Assembly: GCA_946965045.2 (NCBI GenBank)
Contig: OX337233.1
Location: 2,728,001 to 2,792,000 of the forward strand
DNA length: 64,000 bases
Source: Epithemia pelagica
Taxonomy: Eukaryota > Protista > Bacillariophyta
Reading direction: 5' to 3'
Both the position numbers and the translations under genes were made by a program. The notes under the pieces are model-generated. The model ran no database searches. It saw only the letters and a list, made by a program, of their open reading frames with translations, and was not told the DNA's origin. Every line of letters begins with the position of its first letter. The stretch's first letter is position 1. This document shows positions 23,048 through 34,400 of this stretch, one piece after another.

Positions 23048-23781
23048 TACCCCCCAGCGGGGGTGGCTTTGAGGGTGTAATTTCGTGTAGCCACCCCCTT
23101 CCCTAAGAGCAAATAATAACCTATTTCTTGACGGTAGGCATATCTCATTTCCTCCACCACGACAACAACACGGGCCATGGTGTTGCACAGGTTGTTGTGC
23201 ACCTATTTGGACTCTTGAAACCTGTCTTCCCAGTCATAGACCTCAAACCAATAGTGTAGAATGCATCTGCATCACCAAAGTTTAAAGGTTAAGGCTGTTA
23301 TGCATCAGACTCATAGGCGCCATGCCTCGTGGCACAGGCACGGACGCGACGTCACACAATTTCGAACGAAGCGGACAATATGGCTCTTATCTTGCATTGT
23401 TTGAACACCTATTGATCTACAATACTCATAACAGTAGTAGTTACGCGCTGCATTGATAGCAAAACATCAACTCTCATGTATTTTCATGCCATCATGGTCT
23501 CCTATTGTGCCTGTATTACGCGTCACTGTATTGGTCATTTCCTAGAGTGGCCCGAATCCACTGTGTCCCTCACAATGCACTGCCATGGTACCCAGATGAA
23601 GCATATGATGGTCGGATCATGATGGGGTGGCCATTGGAGGTCACCAGCAACAACAAAGTTTGATTGTCGCGTTGTTATCGTGGTGGAGGAAATGAGATAT
23701 GCCTACCGTCAAGATCCAGCGAACAGAGAAGGGGGTGTTTCAACGAAATTACTCCCTCAAAAACACCCCCGCTGGGGGCTA
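23048..23781. mobile_element. Mutator-like non-autonomous element (MITE, 734 bp)
   Basis: ~120-bp imperfect TIRs (TA[C/G]CCCCCAGCGGGGGTG...CTTGACGGTAGGCATATCTCATTTCCTCCACCACGA). 10-bp TSD GGAGTTCATG at 23038-23047 and 23782-23791. Confidence 0.8.
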
Positions 23782-23839
23782 GGAGTTCATGCCTTGAAAC
23801 TGCTCCCAAACAATCACCAACGTAGAACAGCCACATCAG

Positions 23840-25230
23840 GGCTGGCCTATCGAGAACAGGTTATCATTTCCCGACATAACGTATCGGCATAAGACACGAG
23901 CAACAAGAAGAATACCATGTTTGTTCGAGTGATTGTCGATCGATTGGGATTCCCGAACGAAGAGAGAGAGAGCATGTTTGTTCGAGGGATTGTCGATCGA
24001 TTGGGATTCCCGAACGAAGAGAGAGAGCATGTTTGTTCGAGGGATTGTCGATTGATTGGGATTCACGAACGAAGAGAGAGAGGAACCAAGAATTCTCATG
24101 TGCAGAAGCGCAGTCGTTCAAAGGAGGTTTTCTTGAGACAGGTTATCATTTCCCTACATAAGCTGGCCACCCAACAAACGATGCCAGTAGCGTATCGGCA
24201 TACGACACGAGCAACAAGAAGAATACCATGTTTGTTCGAGGGATTGTCGATCGATTGGAAAACCATTGGCGAATGCGGTTTGCTTTTCACCATACGGCCC
24301 ATGGTGTTTTCAAACCAAATGGCGCCCAACAAAACGGTCGCCAGTAAAACGGCATAAGACACGAGCAACAAGAAGAATACCATGTTTGTTCGAGTGATTA
24401 TCGATCGATTGGGATTCACGAATGAAGAGATAGATAGAGAGAGAGAGGAACCAAGGATTCTTGGTGGAATTGGACATTCTCATGTGCAGAAGCGCAGTCG
24501 TTCAAAGGAGGTTTTCTTGAGACAGATATTATGGGTATCATCGAGAACTGGTTATCATTTCCCTACCTAAGCAAGACACGAGCAACAAGAAGAATACCAT
24601 GTTTGTTCGAGGGATTGTCGATCGATTTGGAAACCATTTCAACACCACCTTCTTGAGGGACCAGAAGTCTTCCGCATGCGGTTTACTTTTCACCATATGG
24701 CCCATGGTGTTTTGAAACTAAATGACGCCCAACTAACGGTCGCAAGTAAAACCCAACAAACGGTCGCCAGTAAAACCCTGGACGTCATGATGGTCGTCGG
24801 CATCTCGTGAATGACATCAAACATGTTTACGGTCACACCGTGCAGGGCACTCCCACCAGATTTGTCCTAGGCGGCCAAAATCCCTTGACCAGGGACCTTA
24901 ATTTTGGTAACACACAAGGGAGCTGACGAAGACCCATCAACAAGTCTCTCAAGTTTGGAAGGAGATTGTGGAATTGTGTGATGAGAGCTTGAATACCCCC
25001 GGCATTGGCCTCCTTGTCACATCTTGGTTCGAACAATACCACACTTGGCCGCGCGCGTCAATAATTTTCCCAATTGTGGTATTAGGTTGATGAGTTGGAC
25101 ACCACTGTCCCTTGTCCCATTTCCAAAAGGGCACCACCTTCTTGAGGGACCGCAAGTACTCCGCATTCGACTTTCTTTACACCACATGGCCCATGGTGTT
25201 TTCAAACCAAATGGCGCCCAACAAACGCTA
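23840..25230. repeat. Mosaic of short tandem/interspersed direct repeats
   Basis: AAGACACGAGCAACAAGAAGAATACCATGTTTGTTCGAG...GATTGTCGATCGATTGG recurs at ~23890, 24205, 24355 and 24572. ~55-bp tandem units at 23920-24080. CCATGGTGTTTT.AAAC.AAATG.CGCCCAAC at ~24298, 24702 and 25192. Confidence 0.8.
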
Positions 25231-25645
25231 ACATGTATTTTCGATCACAGAGTTCCTTCCTTCGACAGTCATGATTGCTGATGGCAATGATCGAGGGGTA
25301 TATTCTTCAATTGCAAATTTTGGTGATTCCGATTTTTTTTCAAGTTCCGTTGTTGCGCGGCCAAGGCCAAATGGAGAGCGCGTACGACTTTGTTGCTCGC
25401 ACTGGGTCGTCAAGAGAAGACGGACAAAATTGTTTACTCGTCGGATGTTTCTGTTCTCGCAGTAATGTATGTTTGCCGACACTGATTGTCGTCCTAAGTA
25501 GCCATCAATGCGGCTAACAACTCTATTTTTCGGATATATAACTACTAGAGCAACAAGTAGGGATAACGTGAATCGAAACAAATCTACTATAGATAAAATC
25601 TAAGTGATCTACTCATCTTCCTTGTTTCCGTCAACAGCAGAGTCT

Positions 25646-26248
25646 TCAACTTTCTTTCTGGTTATCGTTCTTGTTACCAGTTTCTTCATTGCTGGTGTCG
25701 CGAATTTCCGATTCATCCATCTCACCAAAGGAAGAATCAAAAGATTCTTCGTCTTCTTCTGACCAGTACCAGAGGTGGCGGGACAAAGCCTCCTGGTCAA
25801 CTTTCATCATCACAAGCTCAAGCGTGATGGCGTTATCAATCACATCACTATCCTCGTTGAAGACGTACGAGTTCTTCGGGATCAGCTTGGAATTATCGAT
25901 ACGGCGAAGATGTGCAAGGTCTGTAAACACACCCAAGAAGTTTTTTACCTGGTTCACGACATGACCAGCAGTCGTATGTTTTTTAATAACGTCAAGTTTC
26001 ACTCGCGAACAGTCACTGACCAAGACATAACAACCAACGAATTGATGAGGACAGTGAGCCACAAGTGTTTTCATCCGAAATGGTGAAGTCCCCATGGTGG
26101 GCATATTACCAGGGTGATGGATGAATCCAGGACGCTTCGACAACATGATAAAAGCCAATTTGCACAAATATGACACCCATGATCTGCACCTGTGATGACG
26201 TGTACAGATGACTTCGTCACCACCTGCCAAACCCTGGTTGAACCCCAA
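25646..26248 (-). CDS. Unknown ORF with acidic C-terminus, probably degraded element cargo
   Basis: ~200-codon open frame ending in an acidic tail; no recognisable domain; start unclear. Confidence 0.25.
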   Translation of the reverse strand: MGFNQGLAGGDEVICTRHHRCRSWVSYLCKLAFIMLSKRPGFIHHPGNMPTMGTSPFRMKTLVAHCPHQFVGCYVLVSDCSRVKLDVIKKHTTAGHVVNQVKNFLGVFTDLAHLRRIDNSKLIPKNSYVFNEDSDVIDNAITLELVMMKVDQEALSRHLWYWSEEDEESFDSSFGEMDESEIRDTSNEETGNKNDNQKES

Positions 26249-26413
26249 ATCCTGATGATGCCCCCGATCTGTCTAGTGGTTGAACCCAATCTGTCTGGTT
26301 GAACCCAAATCCATCTGGTCGAGCACCAATCCCTTGTTGGACCCAGTCCCTGGTTGAACCACAATCCAACCCACAATCCCTGTGCAACAATCAACTGATG
26401 TTCCATATTCATC

Positions 26414-27282
26414 ATGCCCCCAACGAAGAAGGTAAGTGGTGATTTTTGTTTCTTATACTTCATTGAGGCATTTTCATCTAAGTTTGATTGTTGTTTGTGC
26501 AAGAAGTTCAAGTTTGCTACCGCTAAGAAGAAGGGAGTTGCTCCCTCTCCCGGTCGTAACAAGACCAAGGTAACCGAGGTCCATTCCGAACGTTGTGGTC
26601 CGAATGGACAGTTTATTGTTGCATACATGCAACTTGCTGGGACCACAAAGCCCCGATCAGGCTTCATGGAGCCTGTGTTTGAGTTGATAAAGGACAAGGA
26701 GTCGCAGCTTTTCGATGAGTTTGATATCAGAATCGAGAAACTCTATCGTCGTGTTTCCCGTGACAATGATAACACCATGTTGAATGGAAACCCCGACAAG
26801 AATGGTCGGGAGTACAACTGGTCGGTTGTCGTAGGATTTTGTGAGGATGCCAAAAACAAGCTTCAGAAAGATCAAATGATGAAGAAGACGTGTGAGACGA
26901 TGGTCAGGGTGATGACTGCGGAGGACAAGAAAAATGGGTTTCTACGCACTTACAAGACCAATGAGCAGGACTTGTGCACTCCAAGAGTCCCCCTCGATCG
27001 TTGGACGAAGTCTTACCAAATGAGAATGTCGCCATGATTGTTGAGAATTATTTTCCACTTGAAAAGTGCCAGGACCTATACAAGTTCTTGGGTGGTGAGG
27101 AGGAAGGTGTGGCCGATTTGGTGTTCTCACGTGACCGCTACGACATGTTCGCGAAATGCGCGGTGGACAAGTGGGGATACCCCAAGGGTGTGCGTGAAAA
27201 GCAGGATGCCTCTCAGGATCAGGAGGAGTGTAGATCAGATGTTGACGAATCCAAAATTGGCGACGAACCCAATGACGAATGA
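26414..27282 (+). pseudogene. Unknown gene upstream of the Helitron Rep, with probable intron and a frameshift near 26990
   Basis: ATG CCC CCA ACG AAG AAG|GTAAGT...TGCAAG looks like a canonical intron. The protein-like ORF 26414-27037 continues plausibly in the overlapping frame 26974-27282. Confidence 0.4.
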
Positions 27283-27513
27283 AAATGGGCCCAAGGAGAA
27301 TACAAACAGACATAACGGTTGCGACAAAATTAGTAGTAATAACACTTTGGCTGACGAGCCTACGAGCCCCATGTCAGCGAGTAAGCAAAGTTGTCTACTT
27401 TCTACTTTCTACTTTCTACTTTGCGTCGACCAAATTATGCAAATCTTACTGCCACAAAATTTATATGCAGCTGCTTGGTAACACTCGGTGTTTCCATAGC
27501 AGGCCTAGCTAGC

Positions 27514-30500
27514 ATGTATGTTAGAGACTCTTCCATTGAGAAAGGGGTTGCTAAAGCAGCAGCATGCCGTGACTCCCTATTGTATAAAGACGGAGACAAG
27601 TTTTTTCCAAAAGTGTGTTGTGTTTGCGACCAGTTCATCAAGGTTGGACATGAGAAATGTTTGAAACTAGAAGATCTAAAGCACAGACGACTTCAACCCA
27701 AGTTTCTGAAGGCAAATCTGGATTTCACCCATTGCAGCATCTCAGAAGACAGCAAGAAAATAATCAAGGGGCATTACACACAAAGTTGTTATAATGCAAG
27801 AAACACTGCACGATATCGCTTTCTGCAGCAACTTGTTCTTTCCCCATCTTCATATGCATTGAAAAAGGGGCAGAAACGTGAAGGACTGGGATGTTGTAGC
27901 ACTTGTTACAATACTATTATTCAAATGAAGAAAGAATCATGTGATCCTGACAAGGTCCCCAAATATGCCATATTTAATGGATTGATGTTTGGTCCCACAC
28001 CTGCCTGTTTGCAAGATTTGAATGAAGTTGAGCTGGCTTTGATTTCACCTGCAAGAACAAACAAACATATCTTTTCGTTTGCCGCAGGGTCACATAAATC
28101 TATCAAGGGGTGGCATGCGTTGTACTACAATGACCTAAATGCAGTAAATGGAGTGATTAATTGGTGTCGTACAACAACAGGGCAGAATTCAACTAATGAT
28201 AATGACGCGCAAAATGGGCAGGAACTCCCTGTACACTGGGCTGAAACTGCATTGTTTGATGAAGAAAGTATTGGTGATGATAATGACAGCAATGAAGATA
28301 TCGAAAGTACTGCCAACAACTCCACTACAAATACATCTGAGGGGAACACCGGCAATGACGGCAAAGAAGAAACTGAGCATCATGACGATGAAGACATTCA
28401 AGAAGATCCACAGGATTCTCCATTACTACCACAAATTGCTGTCATTCTAACAGGACCATTCACACCCAGACAGAAAGCTCTGACATACCAGCGTACAAAG
28501 GTTCGTTGGAATAGGGTCCATATGGCATTGCAATGGCTGAAGGACAACAATCATTTATACAAAGACTTAGACTTGCCGGACGACAAAATCATTGAGCCAA
28601 TAATTATTGACAAAAGTGAGGACATTGATGAAACAGCTTCCTCATCAAATGTGGAACAAGTCTTTGAAATAACAGCTGTTTTCCCAGACTCCGATGAACC
28701 ACAGTTAATCAATGGCGGCTGTTCATCACAAAATGATTTCAAGCAGGTAACACTTGATTGTCTTTTGGCTGACCACGAGAATAAGGATGCAACTTTGATT
28801 TCGCATTCATCAAAAACATTATTGAAAGACTATCAGGGCAAAAATCTTCTTAAGGCTTTTCCGCTTCAGTTCCCATTTGGTATTGGTGCATACAACAGTC
28901 AAGGTCAACCACATTCTGGCATGAAATATTTTGAATATCTCATGAGACATTCAACTAAAAATTTCCATCGTGCCGATTTTGTGTGCATTATTCACAACAT
29001 GTTTGAGCGACAGAGAATGGTGTCAAACTCTTATTTGAGAACCAGTGAAGCACAGGCAGAATCATTTGCAACAATCACAGATAAGCAGATTGAGGAAGCT
29101 ATACAGCGACATCTTGATTCCGCACAAGGATCAGCTCCAAGTGACAATTTTTTGAAAAAGATGAAAGCAATTACTTCATCAATGGGACACACAGGTGCTG
29201 CTTCAAAGAAAGCACGGCAGAATATGTTGGCAATGATTGCAAAATTTGGCCTGCCAAGTGTCATGTTTACCATTACACCTGAGGATGCAGTGAATTTCAG
29301 AATACGTGTAATGGCAAACAAAAAAACTGGTGAAAGGAATCCTCCTGATCCAAACACAACACCGGTTCATGACCAACACGAATATATACTTGAGTGTGGT
29401 GGAATTCGGCAAGTTCATCCAGGGCTTTGTGCCATTGAGTTTGAAAATGTGATAGCAATTACTATTCAGCATCTACTTGGTTGGGATATGAACAAGAGGA
29501 AAAACATAAAAGATCTTGGAATTTTTGGTGATCTGTTAGCGTGGTGTTATGCAGTTGAGGAACAAGGTAGGAAAACACTTCATGCACATTTCCTGTTGTA
29601 TCTGATGAAATGGTCTGTGCTACTTCAAGGACTTGGAGATGAGGCAACAAGAGAACGGTTCTCGGAACAATTGGTTGAATATGCATCAAAAGTTATGAGC
29701 ACATACATGCATGGTGAAGCCATTCCTTCCTGTGTTCAACAAGATTGTACTTCATATGTTTTCGAATTCTGCTCAAAACAAATATGCTGTTCATCACTTC
29801 AGAGGTGATGAAGACCAGGAATATGCGTTCGAGGCCATAATGTCTGCATTTGTACTTCGCCTCCACGATGAACCAGCAAAAGTCACGACTGGACAAGAAC
29901 AAATGCCTGCATTCCGTAGAAGAAAAATGAATCACACAAGAGAGACTTTGCAGAAGGTTAATCAAGGATCCCAGGTCATATCCTTTCTTTCTGGAGCAGG
30001 TGGATCTGGGAAAAGCCATGTCATCAAAACACTTGTGAGATATGCCAAAAATCTCTGTTCTAACCTCAAGGTCAGGTATGACAAACGTACAATTGTTGTT
30101 ACAGTCCTTACTGGTGCAGCAGCTGTTGGAATCAATGGTGAAACGACACATATGGCTTGTGCATTAAACAGGGAAGTTACCAATGAACCAGAAGAATGGA
30201 AGAATGCTTATCTCTTGATTGTAGATGAAATTTCTTTTGCATCAAGAGATGTTGTTGATAAACTGGATTACAAATTGAGACGCATTTTGAAGCCAGATCA
30301 CAAATTTGGGGGGATTCCAATTGTCTTCGCTGGAGATTTTACGCAGCTCAAACCAGTGAAAGCTCAGCCCTTGTATTTATTCAAAGACTTTGAAAAATGG
30401 TATGAATGGGTCCATACTTTTCTTGAGCTAAAAACAAACCACAGGTTTCATTTGGATCCACCTTGGGGTAACTTACTTTCAATATTCCGGGATGAAGGGC

Positions 30501-31441
30501 CAAGTGACAGAGACGTTTAGAAGATTAACACTCGGGTTGTTGGTTCAAGAGGTGGACCAACAGAAAGTGATATACCCCCAAATGTTGTATATGCAACAAA
30601 AACCAACCTTGATTGCGCTGCCATCAATGATGCTATTTTTGGGAAACATCTCGAAAACACCCATTCAAAAGATCCAACTGTACAACCACCACTACACACA
30701 GTCTGTATAAAAGCCTCCAATTTGAAGTGGAGGAAAGCTGGGACACGTTCTGAATACATCAATTTTAACAAGTCGTGTGAAGATATCCTCTATGCAACAT
30801 GTGGAGAAGGACATCTACAAGGAAAAGACAACAAAAGATATGACCCTCTGCTGAAACTGTCCTATGGAAGACCATTGTGCATCAATGAGAATAAAAAAGT
30901 TGATTCATGTATTGCAAATGGAGCAATGTGTGAATTCAAGGCACTTGTTCTCAAACAAGGTGTTACGATGAATGACATGGAAAAAATAATGATTGATGGG
31001 TTCTATGTTTGGAGTATAAAGGTCTCCCAACTCGAAGGACTAAAAGTGGAGATGTTGGATGGTGGACGTAACCAACTCGTCATTCTAAAACCAGAAACTG
31101 TCTGTCAACAAGTACAGTTTCCATTGCCACTGCTTAACATGACAAGAGTTCGGAAAATGATGAAGATGACCCAGCTTCCTGTGAACGTATCAAGAACCGT
31201 CCATAAACTGCAAGGACGGTCAATTGAGTTCCTCTACATATCGAACTGGGATTACACTGGAAACTGGAACTATGTTTGCTTATCAAGAGTTTGTGAAATG
31301 AAGGGTCTCTTTCTAGCAAAACCTTTGATTGTAGAAAAGTGTCGCAGGATGTCAGCGGAATGTAAAGAATTCCATGTCTGCTTTAGAACAACGAAGCATC
31401 CACCACCGAGGGTTCATATAGATGACAGACATAGCTCTTAA
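27514..31441 (+). pseudogene. Helitron-type Rep/PIF1 helicase, disrupted
   Basis: DUF6570-like motifs (LNEVELALISPAR; RVHMALQWLKDNNHLY), AFPLQFPFGIG, Rep motif 1 MFTITP and HUH motif VEEQGRKTLHAHFLL. Helicase motifs GAGGSGKS, IVDEISF, FAGDFTQLKPV, TVHKLQGRS and YVCLSRV. Rep breaks at ~29800, and there is an in-frame TAG at 30518-30520. Confidence 0.88.
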
Positions 31442-31484
31442 AACATAGAAGCCATCATATACCTGTATTCGGATGTGGGATAGC

Positions 31485-34400
31485 TTATGCAGTGGGCTAT
31501 AAGTGACACCATTTTCACATTCCAAAACCTGTGGATTCTAGAGTTGTTTTCACGCAGAACAAATGGCGACAAATCTTATAGTACAATAGCCTCAAGTGGA
31601 ACAGGAACAAGTATACCATCAAAGTTGCCGAACCCAAATTGCATTGCATTATTAGATACCTTATGGCGTGGAATAAAAGTGACAACATTTTCTCTTTCCG
31701 AAACCTGTGGATACTAGAGTTGTTCTCACGCGAAACAAATGGCGACAAATCTTGTAGTACAATAGCCTCAAGTCCAACAGGAACAAGTATACCATCAAAG
31801 TTGCCGAACCCAAATTGTATTGCATTATCAGATACCTTATCATTATCAGATACCTTATGGCGTGGACTATAAGTGACACCAGTTTCACATTCCAAAACCT
31901 GTGGATACTAGAGTTGTTCTCACGCGGAACAAATGGCGACAAATCTTATAGTACTTTAGCCTCAAGTCGAACAGGAACACGTATACCATCAAAGTTGCCG
32001 AACCCAAATTGCATTGCATCATCAGCTAGCTTATGGCGTGGACTATAAGTGACAACAGTTTTACATTCCAAAACCTGTGGATTCTAGAGTTGTTCTCACG
32101 CGAAACAAATGGCGACAAATCTTGTAGTACTATAGCCTCAAGTCGAACAGGAACAAGTATACCATCAAAGTTGCCGAACCCAAATTGTATTGCATTATCA
32201 GATACCTTATCATTATCAGATACCTTATGGCGTGGACTATAAGTGACACCAGTTTCACATTCCAAAACCTGTGAATACTAGAGTTGTTCTCACGCGGAAC
32301 AAATGGCGACAAATCTTATAGTACTTTAGCCTCAAGTCGAACAGGAACAAGTATACCATCAAAGTTGCCGAACCCAAATTGCATGGCATCATCAGCTACC
32401 TTATGGCGTGGACTATAAGTGACAACAGTTTTACATTCCAAAACCTGTGGATTCTAGAGTTGTTCTCACGCGGAACAAATGGCGACAAATCTTATAGTAC
32501 TTTAGCCTCAAGTCGAACAGGAACAAGTATACCATCAAAGTTGCCGAACCCAAATTGCATGGCATCATCAGCTACCTTATGGCGTGGACTATAAGTGACA
32601 ACAGTTTTACATTCCAAAACCTGTGGATTCTAGAGTTGTTCTCACGCGAAACAAATGGCGACAAATCTTGTAGTACAATAGCCTCAAGTCCAACAGGAAC
32701 AAGTATACCATCAAAGTTGCCGAACCCAAATTGTATTGCATTATCAGATACCTTATCATTATCAGATACCTTATGGCGTGGACTATAAGTGACAACAGTT
32801 TCACATTCCAAAACCTGTGGATTCTAGAGTTGTTCTCACGCGAAACAAATGGCGACAAATCTTATAGTACTTTAGCCTCAAGTCCAACAGGAACAAGTAT
32901 ACCATCAAAGTTGCCGAACCCAAATTGTATTGCATTATCAGATACCTTATCATTATCAGATACCTTATGGCGTGGACTATAAGTGACACCAGTTTCACAT
33001 TCCAAAACCGGTGGATACTAGAGTTGTTCTCACGCGAAACAAATGGCGACAAATCTTATAGTACTTTAGCCTCAAGTCCAACAGGAACACGTATACCATC
33101 AAAGTTGCCGAACCCAAATTGCATTGCATTATCAGATACCTTATGGCGTGAACTATAAGTGACAACAGTTTCACATTCCAAAACCTGTGGATACTAGAGT
33201 TGTTCTTATGCGAAACAAATGGCGACAAATCTTGTAGTACAATAGCCTCAAGTCCAACAGGAACAAGTATACCATCAAAGTTGCCGCACCCAAATTGTAT
33301 TGCATTATCAGATACCTTATCATTATCAGATACCTTATGGCGTGGACTATAAGTGACACCAGTTTCACATTCCAAAACCTGTGAATACTAGAGTTGTTCT
33401 CACGCGGAACAAATGGCGACAAATCTTGTAGTACTTTAGCCTCAAGTCGAACAGGAACACGTATACCATCAAAGTTGCCGAACCCAAATTGCATTGCATT
33501 ATCAGATATCGTATGGCGTGGAATATAAGTGACAACATTTTCTCTTTCCGAAACCTGTGGATACTAGAGTTGTTCTCACGCGAAACAAATGGCGACAAAT
33601 CTTGTAGTACAATAGCCTCAAGTCCAACAGGAACAAGTATACCATCAAAGTTGCCGAACCCAAATTGCATGGCATCATCAGCTACCTTATGGCGTGGACT
33701 ATAAGTGACAACAGTTTTACATTCCAAAACCTGTGGATTCTAGAGTTGTTCTCACGCGAAACAAATGGCGACAAATCTTGTAGTACAATAGCCTCAAGTC
33801 CAACAGGAACAAGTATACCATCAAAGTTGCCGAACCCAAATTGTATTGCATTATCAGATACCTTATCATTATCAGATACCTTATGGCGTGGACTATAAGT
33901 GACACCAGTTTCACATTCCAAAACCTGTGGATACTAGAGTTGTTCTCACGCGGAACAAATGGCGACAAATCTTATAGTACTTTAGCCTCAAGTCGAACAG
34001 GAACACGTATACCATCAAAGTTGCCGAACCCAAATTGCATTGCATCATCAGCTAGCTTATGGCGTGGACTATAAGTGACAACAGTTTTACATTCCAAAAC
34101 CTGTGGATTCTAGAGTTGTTCTCACGCGAAACAAATGGCGACAAATCTTGTAGTACTATAGCCTCAAGTCGAACAGGAACAAGTATACCATCAAAGTTGC
34201 CGAACCCAAATTGTATTGCATTATCAGATACCTTATCATTATCAGATACCTTATGGCGTGGACTATAAGTGACACCAGTTTCACATTCCAAAACCTGTGA
34301 ATACTAGAGTTGTTCTCACGCGGAACAAATGGCGACAAATCTTATAGTACTTTAGCCTCAAGTCGAACAGGAACAAGTATACCATCAAAGTTGCCGAACC

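Noticed and set aside
26974-27282. Programmed ribosomal frameshift in the Helitron-adjacent gene or in the mariner transposase
   Set aside because: I saw no canonical slippery heptamer with a downstream structure; simple mutational decay explains both.
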